This document shows, piece after piece, positions 10,365 through 19,935 of a stretch of DNA of 64,000 nucleotides. The DNA is from an uncultured Deferribacteres bacterium (lineage in GTDB: Bacteria > Zhuqueibacterota > JdFR-76 > DREG01): the NCBI GenBank assembly GCA_964464595.1, contig CAYXGW010000003.1:20964-84963 (forward strand), read 5' to 3'. A model generated the notes under the pieces. The model was not told the origin of the DNA and did not search any database. It saw only the letters and a list, made by a program, of their open reading frames with translations. The translations under genes and the position numbers were made by a program. How positions within the stretch are numbered: position 1 is the first letter of the stretch; every line of letters begins with the position of its first letter.

Positions 10365-12281
10365 CTACGAAACAATTGTTTCTTCTGTCGAGGATTTCGA
10401 TCTCATCGTACTTTTTGCCAGATAAATCATCAACACTGAAATATCGGATGGAGTGACGCCTGAAATTCGAGAAGCTTGTCCCAAAGATCTTGGGCGATAT
10501 TGTGAAAGCTTTTCAACAGATTCTGCCGATAGCGCATTAACTTCCCCATAAAGTATTGAATCCGGAATAAAGTACTTTTCAAGATTCTTAAATTTGTTCA
10601 CCATAGTTTCTTGACGGCGGATATAGCCTTCATATTTAATATCAATTCCAACTTGCTCTTCGACCTCTTCTTTTAATCGCTCATCAGGAATTTCTATTTT
10701 GAAAAAATGCTTCAATGCGGTCAATGGTATTTCCGGCCTTTTTAATAACTGGTTTAACGATTCTGATTGAGAAATTGGTGAGGAATTATATTTTTTGAAA
10801 ATCTCTTCCATTTCACCGGGACTGACTTTTATTCCAACAGATTGATTTATCATTTCTTTAATCAGTTTTTGTTTTAAGAGTATCCTTTCTAAAACATGAC
10901 TCGGAAGTAAATTATACTTTTGAGCATATTTAAGCAGCCGTATATCTGCATTGTCTTGCCGTAATAGCAGTCGGTATTCGGCTCTTGACGTAAACATTCG
11001 ATATGGCTCCTGGGGACATTGAGTAACCAGATCATCGATTAAAACCCCGATGTACGCATCGGAACGCTCCAGAACAAGAGGCTCTTCGCTCCGAATTTTT
11101 AACACCGCATTAATTCCCGCCATGATTCCCTGGGCACCAGCCTCTTCATACCCGGATGTGCCGTTAACCTGCCCGGCAAAATACAATCCTTCAATTCTCT
11201 TCGTTTCCAAGGTTAGTTTGATTTGATCAGTCGGGAAAAAATCATATTCAACGGCATACCCCAGGCGAGTGACTTCAGCATTTTCTAAACCGGGAACTGT
11301 GCGGAGCGCTCGAACCTGAACGTCTTCCGGAAGGCTCGTCGAAAATCCATTCACATACATTTCTGTGGTTCCTCTTCCCTCCGGCTCAAGAAAAAGTTGA
11401 TGGGATTCTTTGTCGCTAAACCTCACAATTTTATCTTCAATCGAGGGGCAATAACGAGGTCCTACGCCATTGATTAGACCTGTAAAAATAGGAGACTCAT
11501 TAAGTCCTGTGCGTAAGACCTCATGAGTTTCCTGGGTTGTGTATGTCAAATAACAGGGTAATTGTTCGAGCTCCAGACTCTCTGTTTGATAGGAAAATGG
11601 CGGAGGCGGATTGTCTCCCGGTTGCACTTCCATTTTGTCGAAATTCACCGTGGAGCCATCTATCCTTGGGGGGGTTCCGGTCTTATGCCGACCTAATCGA
11701 AATCCCAAAGATTCGTGGTCAGATGAAACACCTTTTGCGGCTTCTTCTCCGGCCCTTCCGCCTTCAATCGGAGAAAGTCCTGTGTACATTTTGCCATTTA
11801 AAAATGTTCCTGCAGTTAGTATTACAGCCCTGGCCAAAATTACAGTACCGGATTTTAATCTAATTCCTGCAACTTTACGATCTTTTACATAAAGGCCGTC
11901 TACCATCATTTGCTTAAGATGCAAATTCTGTTGGTGCTCTATTGTGAGACGCATTTGCCAGGCATATTCTTTTCGATCACACTGTGCTCTCGGCGCCCGA
12001 ACAGCAGGTCCCTTGGATTTATTCAGCATACGAAATTGAATCCCCGTTTTATCCGTGTTGCGTGCCATCTCACCACCCAGGGCATCTATTTCGCGAATAA
12101 GATGTCCTTTTGCCAATCCCCCCATCGCCGGGTTACAGGACATCTGTCCAACAGTAAAAATATTCATCGTTGCCAGCAATGTTTTGGCTTCCATTTTGGC
12201 GGCAATTAAAGCTGCTTCACAGCCTGCATGTCCCGCCCCAACAACAATTACATCATATGGATCGTAAACAGATTTTATCAT
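10365..12281 (-). CDS. mnmG: tRNA uridine-5-carboxymethylaminomethyl synthesis enzyme MnmG (GidA)
   Basis: 638 aa. N-terminal FAD-binding motif YDVIVVGAGHAGCEAALIAAKMEAKTLL, MnmG family signature throughout. Confidence 0.95.
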   Translation of the reverse strand: MIKSVYDPYDVIVVGAGHAGCEAALIAAKMEAKTLLATMNIFTVGQMSCNPAMGGLAKGHLIREIDALGGEMARNTDKTGIQFRMLNKSKGPAVRAPRAQCDRKEYAWQMRLTIEHQQNLHLKQMMVDGLYVKDRKVAGIRLKSGTVILARAVILTAGTFLNGKMYTGLSPIEGGRAGEEAAKGVSSDHESLGFRLGRHKTGTPPRIDGSTVNFDKMEVQPGDNPPPPFSYQTESLELEQLPCYLTYTTQETHEVLRTGLNESPIFTGLINGVGPRYCPSIEDKIVRFSDKESHQLFLEPEGRGTTEMYVNGFSTSLPEDVQVRALRTVPGLENAEVTRLGYAVEYDFFPTDQIKLTLETKRIEGLYFAGQVNGTSGYEEAGAQGIMAGINAVLKIRSEEPLVLERSDAYIGVLIDDLVTQCPQEPYRMFTSRAEYRLLLRQDNADIRLLKYAQKYNLLPSHVLERILLKQKLIKEMINQSVGIKVSPGEMEEIFKKYNSSPISQSESLNQLLKRPEIPLTALKHFFKIEIPDERLKEEVEEQVGIDIKYEGYIRRQETMVNKFKNLEKYFIPDSILYGEVNALSAESVEKLSQYRPRSLGQASRISGVTPSDISVLMIYLAKSTMRSKSSTEETIVS

Positions 12282-12325
12282 TCATTTCTCCAAGAACCCT
12301 TTGTTCTTTTGTTTCACGTGAAACA

Positions 12326-13735
12326 TTATTTACCTATACAAAAATTGTCAAATATAAAATGTAAAATGTCATCAGGCGTTTTTTTTCCAATAATCTCTCC
12401 TATGGAATCTAAAGCTTCTCGTACGTCAACCGCAATAAATTCATTACTGATTCCATTCTCGACGCTTGCTTTTGCCATTTCCAAATTTTGTACGGCGCCT
12501 CGCAATGAGTTACGATGTCGTAAATTCGTAATTAATTCATCCTGCCTTTCTTCTTGGTTTCCATTTGACGGAATTAAATAAGTTGTAAGAGCGTCGTGCA
12601 AATTCAATAATCCTTTATTGCTAACAGCAGATACTGTGATGGTCTTACATTCCGGAAACACATTGTCATGAGAAGAATCTGGCACCATATCGCTTTTATT
12701 CCATATTACAATAACCCCCGTTGTAAACTCTTTGGTTTTTTCGGTAGCTATTTCCTGAATTTTATTTAGAATAATTTGATCTTCTTCTCTAAAACCTGTC
12801 GTTAAGTCCAATATAAACAATATTAAGTCTGCATCTCTAAGATGAGACTCAGCAATTTCTATTCCCTTTTTCTCGATTTTTTCATCGGACTTCCGCATTC
12901 CAGCCGTATCAATTAAGCGAAAAAGAGCACCTCCAATATCAAGTTCTGCTTCTAGCGCATCACGCGTTGTACCGGGAGTGGAGTCAACGATTGCTCGTTC
13001 AAAACCAAGTAAGGCATTAAATAAACTGGATTTACCAACATTCGGTTTACCGACAATGATCGTTCTAATTCCTTCATGAATCATCCTTCCACGCTGGTAC
13101 GTCCCTAAAAGGGCGGTTATATTTTCTATTAATTTGTCAACCTGGTTAACGACTTGTTGCTTTGGAATAATTACTATACCTTCTTCCGAAAAGTCCAGCT
13201 CCAACTCCAGATTGGCCAATAACTCAAGTATGTTGTTTTGTAATTCTTTAATCTGGTCCGAAAAACCACCCTGTAATTGACGCATCGCATAACGAACACC
13301 CTGCCGGGTTTTTGCGTGTATCAGGTCTGCTACTGATTCCGCTTGTGCAAGATCCATTCTACCGTTGACAAAAGCTCGCTTGGTAAATTCTCCCGGATCT
13401 GCTAATCGCGCTCCTTCATGAAGGATAGATTCCAAAATTAATCCCGCCAGATATTGACCTCCATGACATCCTATTTCTATTAAATTCTCACCGGTATAAC
13501 TATTGGGGCCCCTGAACAATGTTACAACCACTTGATCGATTTTTTCTCCCCCGGGTTTATCGAGAAAATAGCCTACTCGTGCATTGTGAGATTCATCAGC
13601 ACCAAACCACTTCTTATAAAAAAACAACGGCTTTATAAGTTCTAACGTTTGCGGACCGCTTACTCGAACAACAGCAAGACCTCCCTCTCCGGAAGGCGTT
13701 GAAATTGCAGCAATTGTATCAGTAAATAAACTCAT
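12326..13735 (-). CDS. mnmE: tRNA modification GTPase MnmE (TrmE)
   Basis: 469 aa. G-domain motifs GKPNVGKSSLFNALLG, DTAGMR, NKSD. C-terminal CIGK tetrapeptide characteristic of MnmE. Confidence 0.95.
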   Translation of the reverse strand: MSLFTDTIAAISTPSGEGGLAVVRVSGPQTLELIKPLFFYKKWFGADESHNARVGYFLDKPGGEKIDQVVVTLFRGPNSYTGENLIEIGCHGGQYLAGLILESILHEGARLADPGEFTKRAFVNGRMDLAQAESVADLIHAKTRQGVRYAMRQLQGGFSDQIKELQNNILELLANLELELDFSEEGIVIIPKQQVVNQVDKLIENITALLGTYQRGRMIHEGIRTIIVGKPNVGKSSLFNALLGFERAIVDSTPGTTRDALEAELDIGGALFRLIDTAGMRKSDEKIEKKGIEIAESHLRDADLILFILDLTTGFREEDQIILNKIQEIATEKTKEFTTGVIVIWNKSDMVPDSSHDNVFPECKTITVSAVSNKGLLNLHDALTTYLIPSNGNQEERQDELITNLRHRNSLRGAVQNLEMAKASVENGISNEFIAVDVREALDSIGEIIGKKTPDDILHFIFDNFCIGK

Positions 13736-13908
13736 GCTTAAATTAAGGGTTATTGAAAAATTCGGAAAGAAATAATCATAATCATATTTGATTGAATCAT
13801 AACGTATTGTTCTTCCTCAAGTTAAACTACCATTTGATTCCTCTCCGGTAGTAAAAGTAAGCTTTTTCGACAAACCCCATTTCAAAAAACAAAACTATTA
13901 ATTCTATA

Positions 13909-15711
13909 CTATCTTCTCTTTTTCTTGTTACGAACCGGTTTTTTCTCAACTGGTTTAAGTTGAATTGCGTCTGTTTTTACAAATTTCTGTTGCAGAATCG
14001 TAAGAAAATTAAACAGAGTATAGTATAAATTCAGCCCAGAAGGAAAGGTATTAAAAAGCAGCAAAAAGAAAACCGGCATAAAATACAGCATCATTTTTTG
14101 TCGAGGGTCTGACATAGTACTTTTTTGCTGTAAAAACATCGATAATGCCATCACAATCGGGAGTACGGTTACATGGTTCCCATAGATTGGCAGAGAAAAT
14201 GGTAGCATAAAAATAGTATCCGGTTTCGATAGGTCTGAAATCCACCAAATAAATTCCGCTCCTCGTAGTTCAATCGTCGATCGAAAAACAATAAATAAAC
14301 CAATCAAAAGCGGCATTTGAAGTAACATCGGCAGACAGCCTCCCAGGGGATTGACCCCGTGGTCTTTGTATAACTTCATCATTTCTTTATTTAACCGCTG
14401 GGAATCTCCCTTATACTTCTCTCTCAACTCAGTCATTAATGGCTGAACCAACTGCATCTTTTTCATCGAAGTATAGCTCTTGTGTGTTAACGGGTATAAA
14501 ATTATTTTTATCAAAATCGAAAAGATAATAATAACAATGCCATAGTTTGAAATATAATTATGTAAGAACTTTAGAGATTTTAAGATCAAAATACTGAAGG
14601 GTCTGAATAAACTTTCGTAAATTCCGGAATTCATAATTAACTCTTCAAGCTCAAAATTTACCGCTTTAAGTTTATTATATTCAATGGGACCCAAATATAA
14701 ACTGAAACTATTCAACTGATTGGTCCCTGCCGCAAAGGGCATATTTATGGCAAAATTGTAATGCGTGTATTCTTCCTCTGGTGTTAATGGAAATTGACTC
14801 CAATAACTGATGCTTCTTCCCTTGACATCAATTGGGGCTATAGCTGCACAAAAATATTTTGTTCTTAATGACGCCCAATGTACTGTTCCGGTTACTTCCT
14901 TTGTTTCGATTCCTCTTTCGTTGTCATCTATTTCAAAATCTTGTAAGTCATCTCCAAGGTAAGCATAAACTTTGTTCTTGTCTAAATCATCACGCAAAGG
15001 ATCTTCCGTCGGCAGCAAGCTGGAATCCCATCGCAAACGGTAGCTTTTATCGATAGCCAAATTGGCAAATCCTTCTAACTTTAACTCCAAATCAAAGTCA
15101 TATCGATTTCCATAAAAGGTGAATTTCTTTTCAATTGACTTTCCGTCGGGAAAATCCAGTCGATAACTGATACTAAATAGATCGTTTTCGTCTTCCAAAA
15201 AAACAGTTTGTCCCGTTCTTGGAGTATGTATAATCGATGAATACACATAGTTATCAAATTGTACTGACTCTTGACTTAGAATCATCCCAACACCCGGAAC
15301 TCCCACTTCTGTATTTGGAACAAGGTTTACATAATTGCTATCAGCATCAAAGTAAGTGTTTAATTTCCATTGGATAATTCCACCCCCCTTATTTGATATT
15401 TTTGCATCAAATAAATTGGAAACAATATTTATCACTTCCACCCGCTCTTCGGTTCCCAATGTTGAAAACTTATTTACAACTTCCTTGTCTAACGTTTCCC
15501 TTTCAGCTGGAGTTGTTATGCTTTGACTTTCTGTTAATGATTCCTCTGCTTCTTTTGCGGGACCGGGTCTTTCAATAATTTCTTCATCAAAGGAGGACTC
15601 TTCAGGAATGTTTTGGGGTACTGTGTAAACTATTCGTTTATACGTTTCTGTTTGCGTAAATATAATAATCAATCCAACCAGGACAATCGCAATAATCGTT
15701 TTCTTATCCAT
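13909..15711 (-). CDS. yidC: Membrane protein insertase YidC (long periplasmic-domain type)
   Basis: 600 aa. N-terminal TM, large periplasmic domain, C-terminal 5-TM core with conserved Oxa1/YidC motifs (GGCLPMLLQMP), basic C-tail KKPVRNKKKRR. Confidence 0.9.
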   Translation of the reverse strand: MDKKTIIAIVLVGLIIIFTQTETYKRIVYTVPQNIPEESSFDEEIIERPGPAKEAEESLTESQSITTPAERETLDKEVVNKFSTLGTEERVEVINIVSNLFDAKISNKGGGIIQWKLNTYFDADSNYVNLVPNTEVGVPGVGMILSQESVQFDNYVYSSIIHTPRTGQTVFLEDENDLFSISYRLDFPDGKSIEKKFTFYGNRYDFDLELKLEGFANLAIDKSYRLRWDSSLLPTEDPLRDDLDKNKVYAYLGDDLQDFEIDDNERGIETKEVTGTVHWASLRTKYFCAAIAPIDVKGRSISYWSQFPLTPEEEYTHYNFAINMPFAAGTNQLNSFSLYLGPIEYNKLKAVNFELEELIMNSGIYESLFRPFSILILKSLKFLHNYISNYGIVIIIFSILIKIILYPLTHKSYTSMKKMQLVQPLMTELREKYKGDSQRLNKEMMKLYKDHGVNPLGGCLPMLLQMPLLIGLFIVFRSTIELRGAEFIWWISDLSKPDTIFMLPFSLPIYGNHVTVLPIVMALSMFLQQKSTMSDPRQKMMLYFMPVFFLLLFNTFPSGLNLYYTLFNFLTILQQKFVKTDAIQLKPVEKKPVRNKKKRR

Positions 15712-15720
15712 AATTTTGTC

Positions 15721-15954
15721 TTATGACCTTCTTAATTTAATTTCTTCAACAGGATCATACCCGCCTTTAACCAACGGGTTACAGCGTAATACTCTCCAAA
15801 CAGTTAGTAGAATTGCACGGAAAAAAGTATGTTTTTGAAAGGCTTGAATGGTATATTCTGAACAAGATGGATAAAATCTACATGTGGGTGGAAACAATGG
15901 AGAAATTGCCGCTTGATATAAACGAATAAAAAAAACAATAATCTTCTTAATCAT
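15721..15954 (-). CDS. yidD: Membrane protein insertion efficiency factor YidD
   Basis: 77 aa, conserved CRFYPSCSEY motif. Position between rnpA and yidC. Confidence 0.85.
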   Translation of the reverse strand: MIKKIIVFFIRLYQAAISPLFPPTCRFYPSCSEYTIQAFQKHTFFRAILLTVWRVLRCNPLVKGGYDPVEEIKLRRS

Positions 15955-16324
15955 TTCCTTTTATTTTTTGAACAATTTGCAAAATATCATTTTTCATATC
16001 GTTATAAGCAGGCATAGATTCAAAATATTTACAATAGATCAACCATACCCCGAATGAAAAATATTCTTTGTTTGTTCTATAAATCTCCTTCATTATTCTC
16101 TTTGCTCTATTCCTATCTACCGCCTTCTTATACTTTTTGGAAACAAAAAACCCAACTTTTCTCGTTTTTCTTTCAAGATAAAACAGCGTAATTAAATTAC
16201 CAGATTTTTTAATTCCTAAATCAAACGCTGTTTGTATCTCTTTTTTTCCACGTACTATTTCGTGTTTTTCTAAAGTATTTCTAATTACCAACTTTCTTTT
16301 TCTATTTTGGACCAAATTCATCAC
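15947..16324 (-). CDS. rnpA: RNase P protein component RnpA
   Basis: 125 aa basic protein between rpmH and yidD. Conserved synteny rpmH-rnpA-yidD-yidC. Exact start uncertain (overlaps rpmH 3-prime end). Confidence 0.8.
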   Translation of the reverse strand: MMNLVQNRKRKLVIRNTLEKHEIVRGKKEIQTAFDLGIKKSGNLITLFYLERKTRKVGFFVSKKYKKAVDRNRAKRIMKEIYRTNKEYFSFGVWLIYCKYFESMPAYNDMKNDILQIVQKIKGND

Positions 16325-16457
16325 TAACTGATAATTTTTTCCTTTCCTTTGCGCGTCTTCTCTTTAATATGTCCCGGCCGCCTCGAGTACTCATTCTCTC
16401 TCTAAACCCATGAACATTTTTCCTCTTTCTATTACTAGGTTGATAAGTTCTTTTCAT
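16299..16457 (-). CDS. rpmH: 50S ribosomal protein L34
   Basis: Not in the ORF track (52 aa). Manual translation of the minus strand from ATG at 16455-16457 gives [51 protein letters not shown], matching the L34 consensus (MKRTFQPS..RKR..HGFRARM...GR.VL.RRRAKGRK.L). Confidence 0.85.
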
Positions 16458-16783
16458 CAATACTCCTTATGCCCTGTTTTACTTAAGATTAGCTTCAAAA
16501 AATAGATAAGAATATAAAATACAGCTAACACAAAAATCAAGTTTTTTTTAAACTTAAAAGAATTTTACAATCTAAATATTTTTTTTCTATACTCAATTGA
16601 CTTTTACTTAAACAATCCTTATTTTCGTTAAAATTTATAGAATAGTTTTTATGTTGATAATATGTTGATAACCAATTTTATTATTATTTATAATTCAATA
16701 TATTAAATATTTGATTGTTTTATATACTTCTATTAATGAACAAGATAGGCTAATTTTAATCATCAAAAAAAGGGACTTTCTTA
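16458..16783. promoter_or_regulatory. Candidate oriC left arm and dnaA promoter region (AT-rich, DnaA-box-like repeats)
   Basis: 326-bp very AT-rich non-coding stretch between the divergent rpmH and dnaA genes. Tandem 11-mers TATGTTGATAA at 16650-16660 and 16661-16671 (core TGTTGATAA is the reverse complement of TTATCAACA, one mismatch from the DnaA-box consensus TTATCCACA). Confidence 0.55.
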
Positions 16784-18145
16784 ATGCCGGAAGTTTATGA
16801 AAGTATAGAAGAAACATGGAATAAATGTCTTGCTGAAATTGAAAAAAAGATACCTCCGCAAACATTTTCCACATGGTTTAAACCCATTGTTCCATTAAGA
16901 CTTCATGATTCAAAACTAATAATCCAGGTTCCAAGTCGATTTCACTACGAGTGGATTGAAGAACATTATAATGACCTCTTTAATAATGTATTTCTTGACG
17001 TATTTGGTTTTGTTCCATCAATAAACTATACCATTGCTTTAATGGAAAATTCATTTCCTGGTGTTAACAATTATCAGGAAAAACCAACGATCACAAACGG
17101 GTTGTCCATGCCGACAAACACACGGCTAAATGCACGTTATACATTTGATAATTTCGTAGAAGGAAATAGCAATCAATTTGCAAAAGCAGCTTCATTAGCT
17201 GTAGCCGAAGCTCCGGGAAAAACAACATTTAATCCTCTTTTAATTTATGGTGGTGTTGGGTTGGGAAAAACACACCTTACGCAGGCAATTGGTAACTTTG
17301 CTGTGGAGAATGGCAAAGCGCGTAAAATTCGATATATATCCAGTGAAAAATTTACCTTAGATTTTATTACTTCAATTCAAAATAATAGCACGACAAAATT
17401 TAGTAAACTATACAGAAATGTTGATCTGTTATTGGTTGATGATATACAATTTTTTACGAGTAAGGAAAGAACCCAGGAAGAATTTTTTCATACTTTTAAT
17501 GAGCTTCAGCAAAAAGGAAAACAAATCGTATTATCTTGTGATCGACCTCCCTCTGAACTTAAGGGACTGGAAGAAAGACTGATTTCTCGTTTTACATCTG
17601 GACTAATAGTAGACGTTCAAGTTCCTGATTTTGAAACCAGGATGGCTATTTTACAAAGAAAAGCGGAACAAGATAATATTGAAATAGATAATGATATTAT
17701 CGTATTTATAGCAACGAACATTACTTCAAATATCAGGGAGTTGGAAGGCGCCTTGATAAAGCTGCTTGCTCACGCATCACTCAATGATAAAGACTTTTCT
17801 TTAGATATAGCAAAACAAGTATTAAGAGATATTATTAAGAAAAAAAATACTCCTTTAACTATCGAAATGATTCAACGTGTTATTTCTGATTATTTTAGTA
17901 TTAAAGAAGATTTAATAAGAGCAAAAACCAGGAAAAAAGAGATTGTACTAGCAAGACAATTATCTATGTTTCTTTCTAAAGAATTAACAAATTATGCATT
18001 AAAAACTATCGGGTTGCATTTTGGCGGAAGGGATCATAGTACAGTAATCCATGCTTGCCAAAATATTGAAAAGAAAATAATAAATGATAAACAATTTTCA
18101 CAGGAAGTTGAAAAAGTAAAAAGAAAAATTGAATTATCTACTTAA
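16784..18145 (+). CDS. dnaA: Chromosomal replication initiator protein DnaA
   Basis: 453 aa. AAA+ motifs NPLLIYGGVGLGKTHL (Walker A), LLLVDDIQF (Walker B). C-terminal DnaA-box-binding domain (LSMFLSKELTNYALKTIGLHFGGRDHSTVIHACQ). Confidence 0.97.
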   Translation: MPEVYESIEETWNKCLAEIEKKIPPQTFSTWFKPIVPLRLHDSKLIIQVPSRFHYEWIEEHYNDLFNNVFLDVFGFVPSINYTIALMENSFPGVNNYQEKPTITNGLSMPTNTRLNARYTFDNFVEGNSNQFAKAASLAVAEAPGKTTFNPLLIYGGVGLGKTHLTQAIGNFAVENGKARKIRYISSEKFTLDFITSIQNNSTTKFSKLYRNVDLLLVDDIQFFTSKERTQEEFFHTFNELQQKGKQIVLSCDRPPSELKGLEERLISRFTSGLIVDVQVPDFETRMAILQRKAEQDNIEIDNDIIVFIATNITSNIRELEGALIKLLAHASLNDKDFSLDIAKQVLRDIIKKKNTPLTIEMIQRVISDYFSIKEDLIRAKTRKKEIVLARQLSMFLSKELTNYALKTIGLHFGGRDHSTVIHACQNIEKKIINDKQFSQEVEKVKRKIELST

Positions 18146-18742
18146 TCTGAATAAATCAAAAAAATTTATTAATGAAATACATTATGATTTAACAATTTGA
18201 TTTAGGATCATTCTAATTAAAAATCGATAAGAAAAACAATTCCTTGTTCGTTAAGGCTATTAATTTTTTTATTATATCCTCCCCTGAATATTGTAAGAAT
18301 ATAAATTTTAAAATGAAACAATAATTTCATTTATAAAATTTTATACACATTGAAATGTTTATATCTACTATTTTATATGTTGATAAATAAAAAAGAAAAA
18401 AAAGTTAATATATAAAAATTTAAATAAAAACCATTTTTGCACATTTATTAGGAGAATATTAACTTGTTATCCACAATAAATTTTAATAAATAAATATGTA
18501 AATATATAGTTATCAATAATTTATGAATACTTAAATAATGTTTATAAACATATCCACAGTACTATTATAATAAATTAATAAAAATATATAAATATATATA
18601 AAATACTTAAAACTCTTATGCATGAAATGAATGAAAATAGTTTGAAATTAAATCTTATTATCGATACTTTAAAAGGTTTTATATTTACTTAATATCTTAA
18701 TTTAAAAATAATTTTAAAAGACAATTTATTCTGGAGGATAAA
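18146..18742. promoter_or_regulatory. Candidate oriC right arm with DnaA boxes and DNA unwinding element (dnaA-dnaN intergenic)
   Basis: 597-bp non-coding gap, unusually long for a dnaA-dnaN gap and extremely AT-rich. Perfect DnaA box TTATCCACA at 18467-18475. ATATCCACA at 18550-18558. TTATCAATA at 18510-18518. Third copy of TATGTTGATAA at 18376-18386. AT-only palindromic tract AAATATATATAAATATATATAAA at 18581-18603 immediately upstream of dnaN. Confidence 0.65.
18467..18475 (+). promoter_or_regulatory. Consensus DnaA box TTATCCACA
   Basis: Exact 9/9 match to the DnaA-box consensus, read directly from the sequence. Confidence 0.7.
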
Positions 18743-19933
18743 ATGAAATTTTCTGTAGCGCGAAACACAATTTATAAAGCGCTTCAAAAAATTATTGGAG
18801 TTGTGCCTGTTAAAACAACGTCTCCAATATTAACAAATATTTTGTTTGAATTAGAAGACAACCATTTAAAATTAACAGCAACTGACTTAGAAATTTTAAC
18901 TTCAACTTCTTTAGAGGTCAATGGAGAAGAAAATGGTGTCATTTGCATTCCTGCAAAATTTTTAAATGAAATTATTAGAGAATTGGGAAATGAAGAAATT
19001 CGTTTTGAACAGGAGGACGGATACAGAATTAAACTTAGCACGGATAGAGGTGAATTTAGAATTGTTGGAGATCCTGGTGCTGATTTTCCGTTAATGCCTG
19101 TTGAAGAAAATATGAAAGGGTTTGAAATAGAAGAACAGCAAATCCACAGAATGATAGAAAAAACTATTTTTGCTGTTTCTATGGATGAATTGCGTGCAGC
19201 ATTGATGGGTGTTTTATTTCAAATTTCATCAAATGAGTTAAGATTGGTCGGTACGGATGGCCATAGATTGTCTCGAATAATAAAGAGAAATTTTAGGTAT
19301 GATGGGGAGGACACAGAGTTTATTGTACCTACAAAAGCTTTGTCTCTGTTAAATAAAAATATTGAACAATCAGGAGGTAATGTTAAGATAGAATTTAGCA
19401 AAAATTATGTGGTTTTTGAATTGGAGTATATTCGAGTATACTCACGTTTAGTGGAAAGTGAATATCCGGATTATGACGGAGTTATTCCAAAAAACAATAC
19501 AAAACAATTAGTATTAAATACGGATTTTTTAATTGCTAGTATTCGCCGTGTTTCTATTTTTTCGAGTACTTTAACCCACCAAATTCAAATATCTTTGGAA
19601 AGTAATAAAGTTGAAGTTTCATCTCAGGATATTGATGTTGGCGGCGAAGGCCGGGAAGACTTAGATGGAGAATTTGAAGGAGATCCTTTAGATATTGCAT
19701 TTAACTCTCAATATTTTTTGGATGTTTTAAAACATGTTGATACGGAACAAACCAGAATTTTATTGGACACTTCCATTACTGCTACAATGATCTTGCCAAT
19801 GCAGCAAAAAGAAAATGAAGATTTACTTATGTTGCTAATGCCTGTTAGATTAAATGAATATTATGAAACAGAAAATTCTGCTGAAAACAAAAAATCCACT
19901 ATAGATGAAAGTAGTTTTTCCGTTTCTGACTAA
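18743..19933 (+). CDS. dnaN: DNA polymerase III beta sliding clamp DnaN
   Basis: 396 aa, three-domain clamp pattern, conserved position after dnaA. SD GGAGG 6 nt upstream. About 20-25 aa acidic/Ser-rich C-terminal tail beyond the usual clamp end. Confidence 0.95.
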   Translation: MKFSVARNTIYKALQKIIGVVPVKTTSPILTNILFELEDNHLKLTATDLEILTSTSLEVNGEENGVICIPAKFLNEIIRELGNEEIRFEQEDGYRIKLSTDRGEFRIVGDPGADFPLMPVEENMKGFEIEEQQIHRMIEKTIFAVSMDELRAALMGVLFQISSNELRLVGTDGHRLSRIIKRNFRYDGEDTEFIVPTKALSLLNKNIEQSGGNVKIEFSKNYVVFELEYIRVYSRLVESEYPDYDGVIPKNNTKQLVLNTDFLIASIRRVSIFSSTLTHQIQISLESNKVEVSSQDIDVGGEGREDLDGEFEGDPLDIAFNSQYFLDVLKHVDTEQTRILLDTSITATMILPMQQKENEDLLMLLMPVRLNEYYETENSAENKKSTIDESSFSVSD

Positions 19934-19935
19934 CG

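Noticed and set aside
18581-18603. Short AT repeat AAATATATATAAATATATATAAA considered as a CRISPR-like or minisatellite repeat
   Set aside because: A single palindromic AT tract inside the origin unwinding element. No spacer/repeat periodicity and no cas genes anywhere in the window.
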